Below are positions 34,730 through 44,768 of a stretch of DNA of 64,000 nucleotides, piece by piece (positions within the stretch are counted from its first letter, which is position 1; every line of letters starts with the position of its first letter). A program made the translations under genes and the position numbers. The DNA is taken from assembly GCA_027618475.1 (NCBI GenBank), contig JAQCEJ010000006.1, positions 11,353 through 75,352 on the forward strand. Reading direction: 5' to 3'. The notes below the pieces were generated by a model that saw only the letters and a program-made list of their open reading frames with translations, did not search any database and was not told the DNA's origin. Source of the stretch: Planctomycetota bacterium. GTDB lineage: Bacteria > Planctomycetota > Planctomycetia > Planctomycetales > Planctomycetaceae.

Positions 34730-37108
34730 TCACCGCCTCTTGCAGTAGACCGCGTACAACCGTGCTTCACCCGTCGCCGGGAAGTGAATCTGCACGCCGA
34801 ACTCTTCATCCAGCGGCGTCGGCGTGGAAGCGTTCGGGAATTCGATCTCGATGTTGACCCCCGAAGTCGTCACGACTGCGGCATTCTTGCCCGCATATTG
34901 CGGGATCGGCCGCGCGAGTTTGTCGAGCAGCTCCACTTTGAGCGGATGAGCATCATCGACGTTCTCGATATTCAGGCTGACCGTGTAACCGTGCTTCTCG
35001 GCAGGGACATTTGTCGTTTGGACCAGGCAATCCTGATCGTCGACCATCCGCGAGAGATAGCCAAAGCCGTCGCGACGAAGCGTGGCTAACCCGATCTCCA
35101 TTCCTTTAAGCTCTTCGATCGTGTTCCAGTGCGAGTACCAGATATAAGTTCTGTCGCCGACGTTGACGAAGGCGTGACCTTGCAAGAGCGCGACGTCGTC
35201 CCACTCGCCCGGCTTGCCGCGCGGGATCACTTTGAAATCGGGAACCGGTTCTCGAAAGTGAATGCCGTCGTTGCTGAGTCCCAGACCGAGGTCGATGACG
35301 GCGCCGGTCGCCGTTCCTTTCGCATCGGGATGATCTTGCCACATGCCATGCAGACCGACGAGTACGTTGTTGCGATTCCACAGGCCAAAGCCCATGTGTC
35401 CCTGCTGTCCTTCGAGCGGTTTATCGACGAGCATTCCCGGCCGCGCGAAAGCGAACGCCGTCGCCTGCGACCAGTTTTTGAAATCGGACGAACGATACAA
35501 TCGCGTCGCCCGACCGACGTCGCGGCCGTCCATGCGCCACATCCAGGGCGAGATGAGCTGCCCCGGCGCGTAATAGAAATCGCCGAATTTGTACAAGCCC
35601 GCGACTTCGAACCGCTCGCCGCCTGCGTTCATCGGTCGATCGCCGACGACTTTCCAACTGAGACCATCGGCACTCGTTGCAGCGATGAAGGCGCCCCACC
35701 GGCTTTCGTCAGGACCGATCTTGCTCCGGCCTCCTTTAACATCTTCAAACGGCACATGCGCAATAAATGTCGCTTTGTAGCGCTGCGACGGATCGGGATC
35801 GTTCGGTTCGTAGAGCACCGAGAGAAAGTCGTTGACCCGGCTGAGCGAAAACGGATCGGACTCGACCAGACAGATATTGTTATGTGTGTTGCCGTTGAAT
35901 TCGACCAACCCGAGGTCGGGTTTTTCCCAATGGATACCATCCTCGCTCTCGGCGTAGAGCATCGGTCGCCACCAGCCGGGGGCCTGCCCGCGAGCGAGTT
36001 CGGTTTCGAACATGCCGAGATACCACATACGGAATTTTTTTCCGTCGTGCATCACGGTGCCGTAGAGAATCGCGTGGCCGTAATCGGGCGAGCCTTTCGG
36101 CCCCTTGCGCACCACAGGGTTCTCGGGATGTTTCGTCGCTTCGACGAGGGTGAGCTTGACGTTGTGTGTCCACGGGATTGAATGATCGTCGAATGCAAAA
36201 TAGACGAGACCCTCGGTGTCGGATGTTGATTTCGAAGTCCCCTTCGGCGTCTCATCGGTTTCGATCGCCGCCAGACAATGTTTCGCCATGAATTCGACGA
36301 GTGGCGTGGCGTCGTCGAGACCGTGTACGTGACCGATGCCCGGTTTGGCAATGAGTGTGATGTCGCCGCCGAGTTTCTGATATCGCTCGGCGAGCACGCC
36401 GGTGTTTTCATCCCAGGGAACGCCGGTATCGGCATCGCCGTAGACGTGCAGCAGAGGTATCTTTGCTTTTGCGAGCGGTACGAGATGGTCGATGGGACTG
36501 AGGGCGACTTTCAGCAATTCGTCTTCGGTCTCAACGCCATACACTTTCAACAGTTTCGGAATCTCTCTGGAGTTGCCTGTTCCTTTCCCTTTGCCCATCG
36601 GCCAGCTATTGATATCGCAGACCGGAGCATCGCCGTAGATGCAGGCGACCTTATCGGGATTCGCCGCCGCCCAGTTGTAGCAGTAGAGCCCGCCGCGACT
36701 GACGCCGATGAGCGCGGGCTTCCTGGCGAACCCGAGTTCTTCGGTGAGGTAATTGTAATAGGCATCCCAATGCGCCACAGCCTGCGGCGCACCGAAGAGA
36801 TCGGGAATGCCCATGTAGACGACATAAAACCCGCGCCCAAGCAGAGCGATATCGGGTTCCGGCCGATGCCCGAAGAATTCACCTCGCCATATCCAGGGAT
36901 TCCCTACCGCCGGGTTACGGGGAGCGACGACGAGCACCGGCTTACCGTCAACTTCGAAGTCGTAGCGGTCGTAGCCGTTCCAGGTAGTGCGTTCGCCGGG
37001 GATGGGGGGTGGAGTCGGTTCGTCGGCATGAAGATTGATGGCGGCCGCGAGGAAAACAATAACAAAGAAGCAGAAAGTTGTTCGAGAGGATTTCATGAAA
37101 CTCGTCAT
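34730..37108 (-). CDS. Secreted fusion protein: N-terminal alpha/beta-hydrolase domain + C-terminal beta-propeller glycoside-hydrolase-like domain
   Basis: Signal peptide, then an esterase-like half (IGVSRGG nucleophile-elbow-like, HVYGDADTGVP, GHVHG). The second half (KFRMWYLG, WGAFIAATSADGLSWK, YIWYSHW) resembles GH43/GH32/GH130-type five-bladed propellers. Confidence 0.7.
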   Translation of the reverse strand: MTSFMKSSRTTFCFFVIVFLAAAINLHADEPTPPPIPGERTTWNGYDRYDFEVDGKPVLVVAPRNPAVGNPWIWRGEFFGHRPEPDIALLGRGFYVVYMGIPDLFGAPQAVAHWDAYYNYLTEELGFARKPALIGVSRGGLYCYNWAAANPDKVACIYGDAPVCDINSWPMGKGKGTGNSREIPKLLKVYGVETEDELLKVALSPIDHLVPLAKAKIPLLHVYGDADTGVPWDENTGVLAERYQKLGGDITLIAKPGIGHVHGLDDATPLVEFMAKHCLAAIETDETPKGTSKSTSDTEGLVYFAFDDHSIPWTHNVKLTLVEATKHPENPVVRKGPKGSPDYGHAILYGTVMHDGKKFRMWYLGMFETELARGQAPGWWRPMLYAESEDGIHWEKPDLGLVEFNGNTHNNICLVESDPFSLSRVNDFLSVLYEPNDPDPSQRYKATFIAHVPFEDVKGGRSKIGPDESRWGAFIAATSADGLSWKVVGDRPMNAGGERFEVAGLYKFGDFYYAPGQLISPWMWRMDGRDVGRATRLYRSSDFKNWSQATAFAFARPGMLVDKPLEGQQGHMGFGLWNRNNVLVGLHGMWQDHPDAKGTATGAVIDLGLGLSNDGIHFREPVPDFKVIPRGKPGEWDDVALLQGHAFVNVGDRTYIWYSHWNTIEELKGMEIGLATLRRDGFGYLSRMVDDQDCLVQTTNVPAEKHGYTVSLNIENVDDAHPLKVELLDKLARPIPQYAGKNAAVVTTSGVNIEIEFPNASTPTPLDEEFGVQIHFPATGEARLYAVYCKRR

Positions 37109-37300
37109 TTCGTTGAGGATGAACTTGGGATGTCTCAGCTGGGAACATCATGAACCATACGTTGCCCGACGGCAAGTCCATCGGTCACGATCAGAGAAGC
37201 AGAATATCGAATGCTTTGCGTCCCCAAGAGATTATTGGGAACGCGATCGACAGGCAGGCCGAATCACAGTCAGGGCGCAAGCACCCTCAACTCGCCAAGC

Positions 37301-39643
37301 TCAACCTGTCGGCCGTTCTTTCATCATCAGTGCGGCGTGGCTGTAATACGGATAGACGCTCCACTCGACACACGTGATGAGGTCGGGCTGGCCGTCGCCG
37401 TCGAAATCGCCGGGCCACGGGTGCGGGCCATGATTGGTGATGCGAATCGGCTCGCCGAAACACTTCATCGTCTGCGGGGCGTCGAACAACGGTTTGCTAG
37501 CCGTGCCGACATTCTTGAGCAGATAAATACTACCGCCGTCTTGTGAACCGCCATGAGCACCAGCGATACTGTAAATGAGGTCGTGCAAGCCATCGCCGTC
37601 CCAATCGACGGCGCGGAATGATTCGGTCCAATGCGCTGCGCGATTGACGATTTTGTCGTCGATAGATCGACCGTCTTTGAGTTTCATAACACCCGCTTTT
37701 GTGAGACGCAGCGAATCCTCATCGTCGCGATATTGTGCGAACAACGTAGCGACGTGCTTTTCGCCGTCGTGCGTGATGAAATCCATCAAACCGTCGCCGT
37801 TGAAGTCGGCGAACGCGGTTCCCGTACGCCACAGGAACGGCTGTTCTTTCTCGTAAGGATAGACGCCGTTGTTCGAGTTCGGCTCGTTGGCCCGCTCAGC
37901 CGAGAGCTTTCTCAATTCAGGCGAATCAGGATAACCGTCACAGAGAATCTGCAAGCGGGGGCCGAACTTGGGCTCGGAATTCGTGCCGACGTTCTTGTAC
38001 CAGAATAGGCGATTCGTTTCGTTGGGGAAGACGAGGTCGTTGAGTCCGTCACCGTCCCAGTCGACAAAGTCGGGGAAGGGATAACCCATGTCGTGCCAGT
38101 TTACAGGTTCACCAAGAATTTCGTTACGGACAAAACGAATCGGTTCTCCCTCCGAATAAATCAATTGCGGTTCGGCAAACGCGGGCGTTTCACGCGAACC
38201 CTCGTTGATAACAATGCGGGGCCAGCCGTATCCACCACCAACGAGAAGATCGGCATCACCGTCGTTGTCCCAGTCGCATACACAAGGCCAGGCCTGGTCG
38301 CTCAGCGACATTACGGCCGAGACAGACTCTGCCCGGCCCTTGCGTTCAAAACGCGGCAGAGAGGTTTTTCCGTCGCTTAATGTGTAGAAGGCAATCTGTT
38401 GAAAAGCATCGTGCTGAACGATGAGTCCCGCTTCGTTGTCGTTGCGATATGTCGAGACCAGTGAGCACTGTTGGGCATCAATGTCGTCCAGCACTTTTTC
38501 GTCGCCGAAGACAGGCGAATCATCACCGAGGTTTTTCCTCCAGGCGATACGATAAAAATCGGGCTGAACGGCTTCGCTGCCGTGCAAGCAGACGGCGTCG
38601 AGCAAGCTGTCGCCATCGACATCGAGAAAACAGGGTTGACGACCGGCCTCGAGTTTGACGGCCTCTTCCGCTTTGAATGGCCAACCATTGGAATTTGAAT
38701 TGCGAATGAATTCCCCATCAACGACAAGGTCGATGACTTTGTCGCCGTCGAGATCGACGGCCCGGCACGCTTGCCACGCCGCACACTTTGCCGAACCCCC
38801 CTCACGGTACACCGGCATACCGGTGATTTCGCGTTCGCCGGTATTCAGAAAGAAACTCGCTACTCCACTACCACTGCGGGTGACGACAAGATCGAGCAAG
38901 CCGTCGTCGTTGAAATCGGCGAAGTCGTTCGACATATAGATATGGCTGAAGAACTGACGCTTCGAGGGATCGTTGTCGGTGATGTATCGCAATCGCGTCA
39001 AATCACCAAATATTCTCGATGAGCCGCCTGGTTGTCCGGGATAACAAACCACGCCGTCCCAGGGCCAGCCGGGACGATAGGCATAATTCCATGTTCCCGT
39101 AAGGTCGAGCGTTCCATCATTGTTGAGATCGTAAAGACCGAGCGCGTACGACAATGTTAACGGTCGAGGTTCTCTGCTGTTGAAGCGCAGCAGATCCCCG
39201 ACGCCGATCTGTGGAGTAAAAGTTTGCGTTTTCTGAGACGGTCGCTTGTCGGCGAGTCGAAAACGAATTTCGAATGCGCGATGATCGGGATCATCGATCA
39301 CAAATTCGACATGTCCACTGTCATCGTAAGAAAATTCCTCCGTGAGGGCGTGTGGGATTTCCCTTTTCGTCTCGGCATTCCAAACTTCGATCGAATTCGG
39401 ATCGAGCACGCCATCGAGTTTTGAATCGCGAATGATCTTTCCGAAATCTATAACCGAATAGATCGGCGTTTTTGCAAATATCAACGGCGAAGTGATCGAC
39501 ACAGGAATGAAATATTGTGGCGATTCGGCACATGAGGCATTTACACCGGTATCACACATCCAGAGTACAGCCACCATCATCAACGTGACTTGATTAAGCT
39601 GAATCCCGAGCGGCATCGTCCGTCTCCTTGCTATGACTTTCAA
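37301..39643 (-). CDS. FG-GAP/VCBS repeat protein (integrin-alpha-like beta-propeller), secreted
   Basis: Repeated Ca-binding-like DxDGDG loops: DLNNDGTLDL, DFNDDGLLDL, DLDGDKVIDL, DWDNDGDADL, DWDGDGLNDL, DFNGDGLMD, DWDGDGLHDL, DFDGDGQPDL. The start ATG overlaps the stop of the DUF1501 gene (ATGA). Confidence 0.85.
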   Translation of the reverse strand: MKVIARRRTMPLGIQLNQVTLMMVAVLWMCDTGVNASCAESPQYFIPVSITSPLIFAKTPIYSVIDFGKIIRDSKLDGVLDPNSIEVWNAETKREIPHALTEEFSYDDSGHVEFVIDDPDHRAFEIRFRLADKRPSQKTQTFTPQIGVGDLLRFNSREPRPLTLSYALGLYDLNNDGTLDLTGTWNYAYRPGWPWDGVVCYPGQPGGSSRIFGDLTRLRYITDNDPSKRQFFSHIYMSNDFADFNDDGLLDLVVTRSGSGVASFFLNTGEREITGMPVYREGGSAKCAAWQACRAVDLDGDKVIDLVVDGEFIRNSNSNGWPFKAEEAVKLEAGRQPCFLDVDGDSLLDAVCLHGSEAVQPDFYRIAWRKNLGDDSPVFGDEKVLDDIDAQQCSLVSTYRNDNEAGLIVQHDAFQQIAFYTLSDGKTSLPRFERKGRAESVSAVMSLSDQAWPCVCDWDNDGDADLLVGGGYGWPRIVINEGSRETPAFAEPQLIYSEGEPIRFVRNEILGEPVNWHDMGYPFPDFVDWDGDGLNDLVFPNETNRLFWYKNVGTNSEPKFGPRLQILCDGYPDSPELRKLSAERANEPNSNNGVYPYEKEQPFLWRTGTAFADFNGDGLMDFITHDGEKHVATLFAQYRDDEDSLRLTKAGVMKLKDGRSIDDKIVNRAAHWTESFRAVDWDGDGLHDLIYSIAGAHGGSQDGGSIYLLKNVGTASKPLFDAPQTMKCFGEPIRITNHGPHPWPGDFDGDGQPDLITCVEWSVYPYYSHAALMMKERPTG

Positions 39644-41151
39644 CCAATCAATTCATGACGAATCGCACCGTCACCGGCGACAGGATACGGCCGGCCGAGT
39701 TGATCGGGTACCGTCATATGCGGGTCGATTCCCAGCAAGTGGAACGATGTCGCCAGCAGATCTTTCGGAGAGATCGGTGTGTCGGCGACGTCGCCGCCGA
39801 TGTCGTCACTTTTGCCGACCACCTTGCCGCGCGCGATGCCGCCGCCTGCCATCACGCCTGAATAGACACGCGACCAATGTTCGCGTCCGCATCCGGGAGG
39901 AGTGGTATTGATCTTCGGCGTGCGGCCATGTTCGCTGATGCAGAGAATCAGCGTCTCGTCCAACATGCCGCGGGCATCGAGGTCTTCGATGAGAGCCGTG
40001 AACGATAGATCGAACACCGGCAGCAGATATTGTTTCAGCCGGGGATAATGTTCATAGTGGGTATCCCATCCGGCGGTGAAGTGGCCGTAGGCATCCCAGA
40101 AGACGGTCATAAATCGTCCGCCCGCTTCGAGCATGCGGCGGGCGGCGAGCAGCGATTGCCCGAAGAGATTCATGCCGTACCGCTCGCGGACTTCCACCGA
40201 TTCTTGCTGCACGTCGAGGGCTGTGGTCATTTTACCCGAGGACAACAGCGACCATGCGAGATTCTGGTTGCGATCGAGCGACATTACTTTTTCGTTCTTA
40301 TCCATCCAGCGGCGCGACTCGTCGAATTGTTCGAGCAACGCCCGGCGGATACCCAGTCGCTGCGGCGTGATCCCTTCTTGCGGAGCGGTCGGTCCCGCGA
40401 CTTCCAGACGTGCTTCGGGCGTAATCCCAGCGAACGGGTCGCGCCAATCGATGCTTTTCTTGTCGAGCGACATCGGGACTTCGGTCGTCCCCTCGCCGCG
40501 AAAGTCGGTCCAGATGGGGTCGTACTTGCTGCCGAGAAAACCGCCGTACGGTCCGCCGAGCGGCCGAAACTCGCAGCGCGAATACATCACATACGGCATG
40601 GCGATATGCCGGGGGATTTCGCGAAACTGATCTCCCTCGCGTTGCCGGTCGAGGTAATCGACGACCGAACCGATGCAAGGCCAGAGGGCGCGGTCGTTCG
40701 GGTCGGCTTCGACTTTGGGGGAATCGGGAATGCCCGACATCGCGTAATGGACGTGATGAAACGGCAGATGATGCGTCAACGAACGAATGACAGTAAGCTT
40801 ATCGAGAAGTTGAGCCGTGCGCGGCAGGCCTTCGCAGATTTCGACGCCGGGAAGAATCGATGAGATCGCCTGCATCTCGCCTTGAATTTCCGCCGGCGCG
40901 TTCGGCTTGGGGTCGAACGTCTCGTGCTGCGGCGGAGCCCCGATGAGATGGATGAGAATGCACTGCTTCGCCTTCCCGAAGTTCGGCACGGCGGCGGCTT
41001 CTTCAGAGGCTTGCACTTGCTGCAGGCGAAAATAGTCGCTGAGCGAAAGGCCGAACATTCCCAGCCCGCCGAGATGCAGCATGTCCCGGCGCGTGATGCC
41101 ATCACATAACGTTTTGGGCGAACCGAGAAAGCGAATCATGGACGTCTCCAA
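39640..41151 (-). CDS. DUF1501-domain protein (sulfatase-fold, Tat signal)
   Basis: Twin-arginine-like ITRRDMLHLGGLGMFG at the N-terminus and DUF1501-type text (GGWDTH-like FWDAYGHFTAGWDTH, SEHGRTP). Confidence 0.9.
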   Translation of the reverse strand: METSMIRFLGSPKTLCDGITRRDMLHLGGLGMFGLSLSDYFRLQQVQASEEAAAVPNFGKAKQCILIHLIGAPPQHETFDPKPNAPAEIQGEMQAISSILPGVEICEGLPRTAQLLDKLTVIRSLTHHLPFHHVHYAMSGIPDSPKVEADPNDRALWPCIGSVVDYLDRQREGDQFREIPRHIAMPYVMYSRCEFRPLGGPYGGFLGSKYDPIWTDFRGEGTTEVPMSLDKKSIDWRDPFAGITPEARLEVAGPTAPQEGITPQRLGIRRALLEQFDESRRWMDKNEKVMSLDRNQNLAWSLLSSGKMTTALDVQQESVEVRERYGMNLFGQSLLAARRMLEAGGRFMTVFWDAYGHFTAGWDTHYEHYPRLKQYLLPVFDLSFTALIEDLDARGMLDETLILCISEHGRTPKINTTPPGCGREHWSRVYSGVMAGGGIARGKVVGKSDDIGGDVADTPISPKDLLATSFHLLGIDPHMTVPDQLGRPYPVAGDGAIRHELIG

Positions 41152-41529
41152 AACCTTCCGGCGAAGATCGAAGAGTAATGACGTGCCATTTAATATAACA
41201 CGGCGCTTATCAAATCGCGAGATTTACCGATCGAATCGGTATCGTGTTTTCGGTTGTCGAGCGATCGGAGCGAAGCCGAGAATTTCGGAAAATGTATGCA
41301 CCATCTGTATTTGATTCAACATGGATATATAAAAAGAGTTATGGTCAGAATCCTCATTCAGGCGGAAGGGACCACGCTACCGGACCATTCGAAATAATCC
41401 GAATAACCTGCATATTTGGAACAATCTTACCGATTTATAGAACAGGGAATGTTGTTATCGGCGGTGTGTATGAACGATCCGTTCGAAAACCGCCTCTGCG
41501 ACGTACGGAATCAGTAAGGAGAAGATTTC

Positions 41530-42597
41530 ATGGTCAAGTATCGTAAATGGTTTCTGTCTTTGGGGTTAATGGCTGCGACCCCTGGCATTACCTTGGGTGG
41601 TCTTCCGACATTGAGCGGTGGCGACAAAGCGCCTGCCGAACAATCGGGAACCGAACAGTCGGGGGCCGCTGAAAAGCAGGCCAATCAGAAAACCGCTGAA
41701 GGGATCGCGGCCGCTTTACGCAAAGCTGGTTTGGCGGGTTATGACATCAATATCTCGTTCCGACAGGGTGTTGCCACTTTGTCGGGCAAGATCTCCGATG
41801 AAAAACAGAAATCGAGAGTGACACAAGTTGTCGCGTCGGTCAACGGCGTACAGGGTGTCGATAACCGTCTCGAAACGACCACTCCTTCGCGTGGCGGCAG
41901 CGGACTGCAACAGGCCGACTATCGGTCGCAGCCGGGACAGGGACGAAACATTCAGTTGACCGCCCAGCAGGTCGAAGCACAAACGGCCAATCAGCAAACC
42001 GCGAACAGCGTTGCTAAGGCATTAAGTGCTGCTAAATTTACAGGTTATGATATCGAGGTTCGCGTTCAGCAAGGGACCGCGATTCTTGGCGGTGAAGTCG
42101 ATAGTGCCGAAGCTCGCGAACGTGCTTCACACGTCGCTGGTCAAGTTCCCGGTGTGGCCGCCGTGCACAACCAACTACGGGTTAAAGGTGAACCGGCTCC
42201 TAATCCTCAAATGATGGCGATGCAAGCGGGATATCCGCAACAATACGGACCGATTCAACCGGCGATGTATCAGGGTGGTGATCCCAGCTCGATAATGGGG
42301 CCTCCTCCGGGATACGGTATGCCGGCTGGAAACGCCTCACACCAGATGTATAACAATCCTCACCTCCCCGAACACGCCTGGCCGTCATACGCCAGTTATC
42401 CGAACTCGGCTCAGGTGAGCTATCCTAAAGAATATAGTGCGAGTGCCTGGCCGTATATCGGACCGTTCTATCCGTATCCCCAAGTTCCGCTTGGGTGGCG
42501 AAAAGCCCAGTTGGAATGGGATGACGGCCATTGGAATCTGAGTTTCAACTCGCGAACCGATCGTTGGTGGTGGTTCGTGAACCCCAAAAACTGGTAA
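41530..42597 (+). CDS. BON-domain protein (two BON domains) with a Pro/Tyr/Trp-rich C-terminal domain
   Basis: aaggaga lies upstream of the ATG and a signal peptide is present. There are two BON-like units (ISFRQGVATLSGKISDEKQKSRVTQVVASVNGVQGVDNRL and VRVQQGTAILGGEVDSAEARERASHVAGQVPGVAAVHNQL). Confidence 0.85.
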   Translation: MVKYRKWFLSLGLMAATPGITLGGLPTLSGGDKAPAEQSGTEQSGAAEKQANQKTAEGIAAALRKAGLAGYDINISFRQGVATLSGKISDEKQKSRVTQVVASVNGVQGVDNRLETTTPSRGGSGLQQADYRSQPGQGRNIQLTAQQVEAQTANQQTANSVAKALSAAKFTGYDIEVRVQQGTAILGGEVDSAEARERASHVAGQVPGVAAVHNQLRVKGEPAPNPQMMAMQAGYPQQYGPIQPAMYQGGDPSSIMGPPPGYGMPAGNASHQMYNNPHLPEHAWPSYASYPNSAQVSYPKEYSASAWPYIGPFYPYPQVPLGWRKAQLEWDDGHWNLSFNSRTDRWWWFVNPKNW

Positions 42598-42637
42598 TTG
42601 AAGCCAGATTGATTTCGATCGCATGACAACTACCCTG

Positions 42638-42684
42638 AAGCGTCTCCATCAAGTTACCTCTTGATCGGAGACGCTTGCTTTATA
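42638..42684 (+). terminator. Intrinsic-terminator-like hairpin after the BON gene
   Basis: aagcgtctccatcaag (42638-42653) pairs with cttgat-c-ggagacgctt (42660-42676), giving a 16-bp stem with one bulge and a 6-nt loop, followed by gctttata. Confidence 0.55.
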
Positions 42685-42945
42685 CGGTGCCAGTCAGACA
42701 CATCATTTGTAATCCCTACAAATCCTGAGCCCTTTGCTTCGGCTGATACCGTACGCCTGAGCCTGAATTCTCGACCGTCTCAACCTTTTTGCCGGAATAA
42801 ACCGCAAAATCGGAAGATTTTCACAAGTCTGCATACTCTTCCATTCGATACATAACATGGAATCGTTATCACCGGACTACGATCTGGTGATCGTGTCAAC
42901 TACACAACATCATCGCCCGCTTCGCCGTGAATGAGGAATAGGTAC

Positions 42946-43530
42946 ATGAAGTTCTCCAATCTCAGCAAACGGATGGCTACCGTCGGCTTTCTCGGAATCG
43001 TGCTGCTGTCGAACAGCGGTTGCCTGCTGGCGGGCGGGTTTATCGACGTGCTGTATTCCTTCTCTGTCTTCTGGCAGACGACTCCGGTCATTCCTGTGAG
43101 TGCCTACATGAGTCAGAAGGTGGAAGATGCTTACATCGAAGACGAACGGTACAATAAGGTGCCGATCCTCGATCCGGTCGAAGGGGATAATGCTCCCATC
43201 TTTTGTATGGATCCTCCGTCGCCCGACGAAGTGATGAGAACGCTTCCCGACGATACCGCCGGAGGCTTCGCCTTCCTCTCGGAAACGTCTCGCAACAACG
43301 TCCGCATCGTCGTCGAACCGATGGTCGACCGTCTGAGCGAATGCCGCTTCTTCCCGCTAGCGGGACCGGCGAGACTCCACCACTGTCACTACAAGTGTAC
43401 GGTTTACTTCGAAAAGGTCATTCGTTCCGACTGGCCGGTTCCGTTCACCCATAAAGATCAGACGCAGGAAGTCGTCTACATCGACCACGATCACCTCATC
43501 CGCTGTGCAGGGCCGGCCACGCCTCAGTAA
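42946..43530 (+). CDS. Hypothetical lipoprotein
   Basis: N-terminal MKFSNLSKRMATVGFLGIVLLSNSGC has a lipobox-like LSNSGC. The ORF is followed by a canonical terminator. Confidence 0.7.
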   Translation: MKFSNLSKRMATVGFLGIVLLSNSGCLLAGGFIDVLYSFSVFWQTTPVIPVSAYMSQKVEDAYIEDERYNKVPILDPVEGDNAPIFCMDPPSPDEVMRTLPDDTAGGFAFLSETSRNNVRIVVEPMVDRLSECRFFPLAGPARLHHCHYKCTVYFEKVIRSDWPVPFTHKDQTQEVVYIDHDHLIRCAGPATPQ

Positions 43531-43620
43531 TTCACACCTCACGACCATCGGCGGTCTCGCCGTCGACAGCGACAGCAACTCTCCATCCCCTGGGAGCACG
43601 CAAAACTGGTTTTCAAACTC

Positions 43621-43664
43621 AACCGTCTCCGCAGCCCCGGCTCGCTGCGGAGACGGTTTTTTCG
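43621..43664 (+). terminator. Rho-independent terminator
   Basis: aaccgtctccgcag (43621-43634) pairs with ctgcggagacggtt (43645-43658), giving a perfect 14-bp stem and a 10-nt loop, followed by tttt. Confidence 0.85.
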
Positions 43665-43683
43665 TATTTACGTATAGCAGCTG

Positions 43684-43797
43684 TTGAAAAATAGGTGGCA
43701 CTGCCGGCTTGTCCGGCAGTGTTGCTCTCAGACATTGGAACAACACGGGGGGACAAGCCACCCGTGGCACACAAAATTTGATCATCCCTCATTTTGA
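43684..43797. repeat. Structured intergenic repeat, copy B (inverted relative to copy A at 3345..3471)
   Basis: Its reverse complement aligns with 3345..3471. It contains the hairpins cactgccgg-cttgt-ccggcagtg (43699-43721, perfect) and cacgggggg-acaag-ccacccgtg (43744-43766, one mismatch). Confidence 0.8.
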
Positions 43798-43907
43798 ACG
43801 GGCTGTTATGAGAAGGTGGCCACAAATCAGATGAAGGTCCCTTTGAAAAACACCATGAAGGCGAATAGATGAATCGGCAGCGATGAAAAGTGCGAGAGGA
43901 TCATAAC

Positions 43908-44768
43908 CTATCCTTCATCCTTCGTAATATCTCTGACCGAAACTTCAATCGCACGGCAGATCCCTTCCAGATCGAGATCGTCGTCATCGTGACCAAACGG
44001 TTCTTCGACCGACTCGGCGATGATCTCGAAACCGATCATGAAGTACGCCAGAATCGTCGTCAGAGGGATCGTCCAGTAATCGAACTCGTGCACCAGCCCC
44101 CACGGCAACGACAACAGGTACAGCATAATGCACAGCCGGACGAAGGTGCGATACGATGGCGAGATCGGCGTGTTGACGATTCGCTCGCAGCCACCGCAGA
44201 CATTCATCAGCGCGTGGGCATCGGTATCGAGAACGATCATTGTTTCGCCGTCGATCAGTCCCTTTTGTTTCCACATCTGCAATTGTTCGTAGATTTCCAA
44301 CGACGTGCGAAGGGGGACATGGGCCCCTTTGAAGGTCGAGAGCGTCCGCCGCGCATCCCCCATCACTCTTAAATGAATCAGCAGACCATTGGCAAAGCGA
44401 ATGATAAGCAGTCCGAATTCCTGCAAGGCATCGCGATCGGGCTGCACCAGCGTGCGTACTTTGACGATGAGATTGCGGCTGACGTTAACGAGTTGTCCCC
44501 AGAGTTGTCGTGCTTCCCACCACCGCGCATACGCTGCGTTCGTGCGAAAGACAAGCAACAAACCGACGATCGTACTCAAGGCCGTATGCACGTCGGAGGG
44601 GATATCGAGGACGTCGCGATATCGGCTGTGTTCCTTCAAAACGGGGAGCAGGCTGTAAACCCCGATCATGACGGCCAGTTCCCACACTTTGGCCAGCGTC
44701 GATGTTGAAGAGATCATCGCCAAAAGTTTTCGCCAGCGCGTCACACTGCGATCCTTAATTCGAATCAT
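43908..44768 (-). CDS. Bestrophin-family (UPF0187/YneE-like) ion channel
   Basis: LLVFRTNAAYARWWEARQLWGQLVNVSRNL and the C-terminal FGHDDDDLDLEGICR are typical of bacterial bestrophin homologues. Confidence 0.8.
   Translation of the reverse strand: MIRIKDRSVTRWRKLLAMISSTSTLAKVWELAVMIGVYSLLPVLKEHSRYRDVLDIPSDVHTALSTIVGLLLVFRTNAAYARWWEARQLWGQLVNVSRNLIVKVRTLVQPDRDALQEFGLLIIRFANGLLIHLRVMGDARRTLSTFKGAHVPLRTSLEIYEQLQMWKQKGLIDGETMIVLDTDAHALMNVCGGCERIVNTPISPSYRTFVRLCIMLYLLSLPWGLVHEFDYWTIPLTTILAYFMIGFEIIAESVEEPFGHDDDDLDLEGICRAIEVSVRDITKDEG

Noticed and set aside
35129-36181. Long antisense ORFs inside well-supported genes: 35129..36181 +, 60979..61968 +, 3947..5005 -, 1406..2200 -, 40030..40863 +, and 51027..51560 -.
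   Set aside because: Each lies opposite a gene with clear family motifs and has an Arg/Gly/Asp-rich composition typical of antisense frames in GC-rich DNA. No independent motifs are present.
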